DNA from: Octopus bimaculoides
Taxonomy: Eukaryota
Assembly: GCF_001194135.2 (NCBI RefSeq)
Contig: NC_068982.1
Location: 128,650,906 to 128,714,905 of the forward strand
Direction: 5' to 3'
Length of the DNA: 64,000 nucleotides
In this document: piece by piece, positions 63,401-64,000 of the stretch
Layout: the number at the start of each line of letters is the position of its first letter
How positions within the stretch are numbered: the stretch's first letter is position 1
Made by a program: the position numbers and the translations under genes
Notes under the pieces: model-generated
The model's input: only the letters and a program-made list of their open reading frames with translations
What the model was told of the DNA's origin: nothing
The model's database searches: none

Positions 63401-64000
63401 TAGTCACATAGAGAACCGAACAATATCTACTGACTCTATTTTTCCTTTGGCTTGTAATTTCTGGCAATCTTCTTCCATCTGGATGATATGATGGACTCTA
63501 AGATAGATCGGAGGGCCTAAAGATAGATATTTTATTCCAGGGTTAAACCACTGTCAAGTTGGAGAGGAAGGTAAGGGGGGAAAGAGAGGTGTCACAATCC
63601 AGTAAATTTACTGAATAGTAAGTGACAGTAATCTTCACTACACAATATTTTGTAAGCACAAAAGATTTTATTTTATTTATATATCAACAGTAAAATATCA
63701 ACACCATACTCACAACAAAAATAGAACTAAAATATTTAAAAAGAAACTTACCAAATGGACTACGAGCTAAAGTAGCTGCGTCTGTCTCAAGAGGTGGACT
63801 CTGTCCAATCTTGTTGACTGCAATAACTCTGAAGAGATATTCATTCTTCTCATAAAGGCCTTTAACACACATTTCATATGTTGAAGCATCCACTTGATCT
63901 ACCCTACTCCATATATGGGCTTTAGTATGCTTCTTCTCAACATTGTAAGCAATAATTGGTGAACCACCATCATCCTTTGGTGCCTTCCATTTAATACTGA
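1716..64000 (-). CDS. Giant FN3-only titin/twitchin-family protein gene (3' part; 70 FN3 exons + terminal exon; 5' end lies beyond the window)
   Basis: 68 complete or partial exons translate in one phase-1 frame to sarcomeric-type FN3 domains (PxxP-GPL...W.pP..DGGspI..Y.iE...W...L.e...Y.FRV.A.N..G.s.pl). GT-AG sites were read at each boundary. No Ig, kinase, signal peptide or TM segment is seen. Orthology cannot be assigned from sequence alone. Confidence 0.93.
2535..2750 (+). mobile_element. Mariner-derived MITE
   Basis: TIRs gctgaaaagttcctggctt / aagccaggaacttttcagc, TA context. The internal remnant translates [17 protein letters not shown], like the mariner transposase C-terminus. Confidence 0.8.
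2797..2833. repeat. (GA)n microsatellite next to N-gap 2782-2795
   Basis: Direct. Confidence 0.9.
4262..4405 (-). mobile_element. (GAT)n-tailed retroposon 3' fragment
   Basis: (cat)n-ttaatgtccattttccatgct...ggctggatgcccttcct; same family recurs at 7533, 28126, 29455, 31585, 44905. Confidence 0.7.
4548..4853 (-). CDS. FN70 exon (last FN3)
   Basis: 306 nt; [22 protein letters not shown]. Confidence 0.95.
5163..5693 (+). mobile_element. tRNA-derived SINE with internal (TG)n/(TA)n expansion
   Basis: Head ggcatagctgtgtggtaagaaacttgcttccc...gagttcaatc (A/B-box-like), tail cagcatggccacagtctaatgacagaaacaag; microsatellite 5321-5480. Confidence 0.75.
6115..6414 (-). CDS. FN69 exon (SR6 position 6)
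   Basis: 300 nt; [23 protein letters not shown]. Confidence 0.95.
6955..7251 (-). CDS. FN68 exon (SR6-5)
   Basis: 297 nt; [22 protein letters not shown]. Confidence 0.95.
7533..7650 (+). mobile_element. (GAT)n-tailed retroposon family fragment
   Basis: cagtggttggcattaggaagtgcatccagccatagaaacc...cctggtgcagc; opposite orientation to the 4262 copy. Confidence 0.65.
8093..8398 (-). CDS. FN67 exon (SR6-4)
   Basis: 306 nt; [22 protein letters not shown]. Confidence 0.95.
8697..8996 (-). CDS. FN66 exon (SR6-3)
   Basis: 300 nt; [20 protein letters not shown]. Confidence 0.95.
9218..9517 (-). CDS. FN65 exon (SR6-2)
   Basis: 300 nt; [22 protein letters not shown]. Confidence 0.95.
9640..10003 (-). 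mobile_element. Near-complete tRNA-derived SINE
   Basis: Reverse complement of the 5163/48255 family from head (ttaccacacagccactc) to tail (ggccatgctggagcaccacc, tttgtttca). Confidence 0.85.
10137..10442 (-). CDS. FN64 exon (SR6-1)
   Basis: 306 nt; [23 protein letters not shown]. Confidence 0.95.
11069..11365 (-). CDS. FN63 exon (SR6-6)
   Basis: 297 nt; [25 protein letters not shown]. Confidence 0.95.
11676..12510 (-). mobile_element. Degraded RTE-clade LINE reverse-transcriptase fragment
   Basis: Frameshifted pieces [24 protein letters not shown] (YxDD), [40 protein letters not shown]. Confidence 0.88.
12659..12964 (-). CDS. FN62 exon (SR6-5)
   Basis: 306 nt; [21 protein letters not shown]. 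Confidence 0.95.
13338..13640 (-). CDS. FN61 exon (SR6-4; absent from ORF track)
   Basis: 303 nt, hand-translated open: [31 protein letters not shown]. Confidence 0.95.
14171..14464 (-). CDS. FN60 exon (SR6-3)
   Basis: 294 nt; [20 protein letters not shown]. Confidence 0.95.
14623..14925 (-). CDS. FN59 exon (SR6-2)
   Basis: 303 nt; [22 protein letters not shown]. Confidence 0.95.
15268..15463 (-). mobile_element. Partial piggyBac-like (TTAA) MITE
   Basis: Reverse-complement homologue of 42138-42365, ending aaagggttaa. Confidence 0.7.
15575..15880 (-). CDS. FN58 exon (SR6-1)
   Basis: 306 nt; [23 protein letters not shown]. Confidence 0.95.
16380..16682 (-). CDS. FN57 exon (SR6-6)
   Basis: 303 nt; [25 protein letters not shown]. 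Confidence 0.95.
17020..17325 (-). CDS. FN56 exon (SR6-5)
   Basis: 306 nt; [21 protein letters not shown]. Confidence 0.95.
17999..18298 (-). CDS. FN55 exon (SR6-4)
   Basis: 300 nt; [23 protein letters not shown]. Confidence 0.95.
18900..19199 (-). CDS. FN54 exon (SR6-3)
   Basis: 300 nt; [20 protein letters not shown]. Confidence 0.95.
19354..19659 (-). CDS. FN53 exon (SR6-2)
   Basis: 306 nt; [21 protein letters not shown]. Confidence 0.95.
19876..20181 (-). CDS. FN52 exon (SR6-1)
   Basis: 306 nt; [23 protein letters not shown]. Confidence 0.95.
20487..20789 (-). CDS. FN51 exon (SR6-6)
   Basis: 303 nt; [25 protein letters not shown]. Confidence 0.95.
21207..21512 (-). CDS. FN50 exon (SR6-5)
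   Basis: 306 nt; [21 protein letters not shown]. Confidence 0.95.
21801..21910. repeat. 40-bp minisatellite, ~2.7 copies, in a G/T-skewed tract (~21605-21960)
   Basis: Units start 21801, 21841, 21881: (t/c)gtgttattt.att(a/g)g....tgattgtat. Confidence 0.8.
22220..22522 (-). CDS. FN49 exon (SR6-4)
   Basis: 303 nt; [21 protein letters not shown]. Confidence 0.95.
22982..23281 (-). CDS. FN48 exon (SR6-3)
   Basis: 300 nt; [21 protein letters not shown]. Confidence 0.95.
24069..24374 (-). CDS. FN47 exon (SR6-2)
   Basis: 306 nt; [21 protein letters not shown]. Confidence 0.95.
25410..25712 (-). CDS. FN46 exon (SR6-1; first of the 6-mer zone)
   Basis: 303 nt; [23 protein letters not shown]. Confidence 0.95.
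26021..26323 (-). CDS. FN45 exon (SR9-6-like)
   Basis: 303 nt; [26 protein letters not shown]. Confidence 0.95.
26514..26819 (-). CDS. FN44 exon (SR9-5-like, diverged)
   Basis: 306 nt; [21 protein letters not shown]. Confidence 0.95.
26935..27240 (-). CDS. FN43 exon (SR9-4)
   Basis: 306 nt; [23 protein letters not shown]. Confidence 0.95.
27486..27788 (-). CDS. FN42 exon (SR9-3)
   Basis: 303 nt; [33 protein letters not shown]. Confidence 0.95.
28126..28615 (-). mobile_element. (GAT)n-tailed retroposon carrying a 66-bp tandem array
   Basis: (cat)n tail at 28126, family core to ~28290, then ~5 units of 66 bp (atg anchors at 28358, 28424, 28491, 28557). Confidence 0.75.
28667..28972 (-). CDS. 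FN41 exon (SR9-2)
   Basis: 306 nt; [21 protein letters not shown]. Confidence 0.95.
29455..29690 (+). mobile_element. (GAT)n-tailed retroposon fragment
   Basis: ctctgtaaagtggttggtgtcaggcaacccatccag...ccatgccagcatagaaaac followed by (gat)n. Confidence 0.7.
29696..29917 (+). mobile_element. Complete tRNA-derived SINE
   Basis: A-box-like tggcagaatcgttagc, B-box-like gagttcaaatt, core cactggggtcgatgtaatcgactt, tail gggtaataaagaaat; CpGs retained. Confidence 0.85.
30110..30415 (-). CDS. FN40 exon (SR9-1; absent from ORF track)
   Basis: 306 nt, hand-translated open: [23 protein letters not shown]. Confidence 0.95.
30726..31028 (-). CDS. FN39 exon (SR9-9)
   Basis: 303 nt; [26 protein letters not shown]; AAG acceptor, gttagt donor. 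Confidence 0.93.
31585..31710 (+). mobile_element. (GAT)n-tailed retroposon fragment
   Basis: cactgtaaagtggttggcattaagaagagcatccagccatagaaatc. Confidence 0.65.
32106..32411 (-). CDS. FN38 exon (SR9-8)
   Basis: 306 nt; [21 protein letters not shown]. Confidence 0.95.
32787..33092 (-). CDS. FN37 exon (SR9-7)
   Basis: 306 nt; [23 protein letters not shown]. Confidence 0.95.
33729..34031 (-). CDS. FN36 exon (SR9-6; absent from ORF track)
   Basis: 303 nt, open: [36 protein letters not shown]. Confidence 0.95.
34489..34794 (-). CDS. FN35 exon (SR9-5; absent from ORF track)
   Basis: 306 nt, open: [22 protein letters not shown]. Confidence 0.95.
35497..35802 (-). CDS. FN34 exon (SR9-4)
   Basis: 306 nt; [23 protein letters not shown]. 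Confidence 0.95.
35908..36305 (+). mobile_element. Degenerate SINE
   Basis: ggcatggctgagtagttaag...caggttcaatacc...ttgggcaagtgt head; ccatgccagtatggac tail; boundaries approximate. Confidence 0.55.
36335..36637 (-). CDS. FN33 exon (SR9-3)
   Basis: 303 nt; [33 protein letters not shown]. Confidence 0.95.
36765..37070 (-). CDS. FN32 exon (SR9-2)
   Basis: 306 nt; [21 protein letters not shown]. Confidence 0.95.
37288..37590 (-). CDS. FN31 exon (SR9-1; absent from ORF track)
   Basis: 303 nt; [24 protein letters not shown]. Confidence 0.95.
38377..38679 (-). CDS. FN30 exon (SR9-9)
   Basis: 303 nt; [26 protein letters not shown]. Confidence 0.95.
38860..39165 (-). CDS. FN29 exon (SR9-8)
   Basis: 306 nt; [21 protein letters not shown]. 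Confidence 0.95.
39346..39651 (-). CDS. FN28 exon (SR9-7)
   Basis: 306 nt; [23 protein letters not shown]. Confidence 0.95.
40050..40410 (-). mobile_element. Degraded Tc1/mariner (mariner-type) transposase fragment
   Basis: [36 protein letters not shown]...[14 protein letters not shown] resembles the mariner ISYG.C..IL...L.M....AK.VPRLLT.EQK...NDP.F..RIIT segment (by eye). Confidence 0.65.
40478..40780 (-). CDS. FN27 exon (SR9-6)
   Basis: 303 nt; [36 protein letters not shown]. Confidence 0.95.
41127..41570. repeat. Interspersed repeat ending in a fold-back inverted repeat (arms 41325-41441 / 41468-41570)
   Basis: Core agaggtgaattattcaaaccccaaagaattcctctcaa matches its inverted copy at 37/38; arms end tgagtagcccat / atgggctactca; 26-nt loop. 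Confidence 0.85.
42138..42365 (+). mobile_element. Complete piggyBac-like MITE
   Basis: TTAA|CCCTTTAGCATT ... AATACTAAAGGG|TTAA: TTAA target duplication and TIRs; ends 16 bp from the FN26 donor. Confidence 0.85.
42382..42687 (-). CDS. FN26 exon (SR9-5)
   Basis: 306 nt; [22 protein letters not shown]. Confidence 0.95.
42946..43332 (-). mobile_element. Young full-length tRNA-derived SINE with 13-bp TSD
   Basis: TSD agaggttgaaagt at 42933-42945 and 43333-43345; head (rc) tgtggaggcgcaatggcccagtggttagggc...ggtttcaattccc; CpG-rich; (CAA)-type tail. Confidence 0.9.
43477..43782 (-). CDS. FN25 exon (SR9-4)
   Basis: 306 nt; [23 protein letters not shown]. Confidence 0.95.
43811..44022 (-). mobile_element. 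SINE (29696 family) with (TAT)n tail just upstream of the FN25 acceptor
   Basis: tgattctgccagcatgcc head (rc), ccccagtattcaactgatacttattttattgaccctgaaagg core. Confidence 0.75.
44308..44610 (-). CDS. FN24 exon (SR9-3)
   Basis: 303 nt; [33 protein letters not shown]. Confidence 0.95.
44905..45120 (-). mobile_element. (GAT)n-tailed retroposon fragment
   Basis: catcatttaatgtctgttgtccatgatggcatgggttggatgg...tagatacctttcctaatgacaaccac. Confidence 0.65.
45167..45472 (-). CDS. FN23 exon (SR9-2)
   Basis: 306 nt; [21 protein letters not shown]. Confidence 0.95.
46638..46943 (-). CDS. FN22 exon (SR9-1)
   Basis: 306 nt; [23 protein letters not shown]. Confidence 0.95.
47327..47629 (-). CDS. FN21 exon (SR9-9)
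   Basis: 303 nt; [26 protein letters not shown]. Confidence 0.95.
47760..48065 (-). CDS. FN20 exon (SR9-8)
   Basis: 306 nt; [21 protein letters not shown]. Confidence 0.95.
48255..48630 (+). mobile_element. tRNA-derived SINE with internal (GT)n
   Basis: ggcatggctgtatatttaagaaggttgcttccc...gggttcag...caccttgggcaagtgtc head; ggtggtgccccagcatggccac tail. Confidence 0.75.
48991..49296 (-). CDS. FN19 exon (SR9-7)
   Basis: 306 nt; [23 protein letters not shown]. Confidence 0.95.
50320..50622 (-). CDS. FN18 exon (SR9-6)
   Basis: 303 nt; [36 protein letters not shown]. Confidence 0.95.
50832..51137 (-). CDS. FN17 exon (SR9-5)
   Basis: 306 nt; [22 protein letters not shown]. Confidence 0.95.
51433..51738 (-). 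CDS. FN16 exon (SR9-4)
   Basis: 306 nt; [23 protein letters not shown]. Confidence 0.95.
51859..51952 (-). CDS. FN15 exon (SR9-3), mostly hidden in N-gap 51863-51952
   Basis: Only the 3' stub CTT G|gtaagat is visible; position predicted by the 9-mer register; the gap is too short for a 303-nt exon. Confidence 0.7.
52058..52363 (-). CDS. FN14 exon (SR9-2)
   Basis: 306 nt; [21 protein letters not shown]; 305/306 identical to FN5. Confidence 0.95.
53192..53497 (-). CDS. FN13 exon (SR9-1)
   Basis: 306 nt; [23 protein letters not shown]. Confidence 0.95.
53997..54320 (+). mobile_element. Possible degraded Penelope-like GIY-YIG endonuclease relic
   Basis: One frame with 2 stops: [17 protein letters not shown]...E*IH...SVTKHL...[21 protein letters not shown], resembling VIY..C..C...YIG...R..EH...KEA.HI.K..P..N; by eye only. 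Confidence 0.42.
54763..55065 (-). CDS. FN12 exon (SR9-9; absent from ORF track)
   Basis: 303 nt; [26 protein letters not shown]. Confidence 0.95.
55260..55562 (-). CDS. FN11 exon (SR9-8)
   Basis: 303 nt; [21 protein letters not shown]. Confidence 0.95.
56065..56146. repeat. Direct-inverted-direct micro-duplication with 14-bp perfect hairpin
   Basis: ttgtcctaatatca-atg-tgatattaggacaa (56081-56111) between 34-bp direct copies at 56065 and 56113. Confidence 0.85.
56498..56803 (-). CDS. FN10 exon (SR9-7)
   Basis: 306 nt; [23 protein letters not shown]. Confidence 0.95.
56980..57282 (-). CDS. FN9 exon (SR9-6)
   Basis: 303 nt; [36 protein letters not shown]. Confidence 0.95.
57408..57713 (-). 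CDS. FN8 exon (SR9-5)
   Basis: 306 nt; [22 protein letters not shown]. Confidence 0.95.
58084..58389 (-). CDS. FN7 exon (SR9-4)
   Basis: 306 nt; [23 protein letters not shown]. Confidence 0.95.
58508..58810 (-). CDS. FN6 exon (SR9-3), mostly hidden in N-gap 58516-59070 (upper end estimated)
   Basis: Visible stub A TCT CTT G|gtaagat (..SL-G), like the ..PL-G ends of FN24/FN42; register prediction. Confidence 0.72.
59118..59423 (-). CDS. FN5 exon (SR9-2)
   Basis: 306 nt; [21 protein letters not shown]. Confidence 0.95.
59629..59934 (-). CDS. FN4 exon (SR9-1)
   Basis: 306 nt; [23 protein letters not shown]. Confidence 0.95.
60081..60383 (-). CDS. FN3 exon (SR9-9)
   Basis: 303 nt; [26 protein letters not shown]. 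Confidence 0.95.
60670..60881 (-). mobile_element. Degenerate SINE (29696 family)
   Basis: ggcacaaggcctgaaattttggaggagggg...cactggtactta...attgaccccaaagg...catgctaacaattttgtcagc. Confidence 0.7.
61734..62039 (-). CDS. FN2 exon (SR9-8)
   Basis: 306 nt; [21 protein letters not shown]. Confidence 0.95.
63752..64000 (-). CDS. FN1 exon (SR9-7), truncated by window end
   Basis: ..[31 protein letters not shown]; donor gtaagt at 63751. Confidence 0.95.

Noticed and set aside
4548-64000. Dscam-like mutually exclusive exon cluster
   Set aside because: Exons follow an ordered 9/6/3 class sequence that makes sense only if spliced serially. No docking/selector-like conserved intron motifs were seen. 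Not formally excluded without cDNA.
4548-64000. Extracellular or receptor FN3 protein (RPTP, usherin, sidekick type)
   Set aside because: Domains carry the intracellular titin-type PP..DGG..I..Y.IE and FRV.A.N..G.S.P motifs, have no conserved disulfide pattern, and no TM segment precedes the tail.

Overview
AT-rich animal genomic DNA. Its SINE, MITE and microsatellite content resembles Octopus (recognised from memory, not a database hit). Almost the whole window is the 3' part of one giant minus-strand gene. It has 68 visible exons, each encoding exactly one intracellular titin/twitchin-type fibronectin type III (FN3) domain; all are phase 1-1, 294-306 nt, GT-AG. Two more FN3 exons are betrayed by donor stubs at the edges of two N-gaps, and a probable terminal exon encodes a ~200-aa Tyr/His/Ser/Gln-rich tail. 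That is about 70 consecutive FN3 domains (~7,200 aa in this window, continuing beyond base 64000) with no Ig domain and no kinase. Domains are numbered FN1-FN70 in gene order within the window. The array has a strict 3-domain register and two super-repeat zones: 9-domain repeats (SR9) N-terminally, then four 6-domain repeats (SR6), analogous to titin C/D zones but Ig-free. The 5'-most repeats show patchy gene-conversion-like homogenisation. Introns carry SINEs, mariner- and piggyBac-like MITEs, RTE, mariner and possible Penelope relics, a fold-back inverted repeat and minisatellites.
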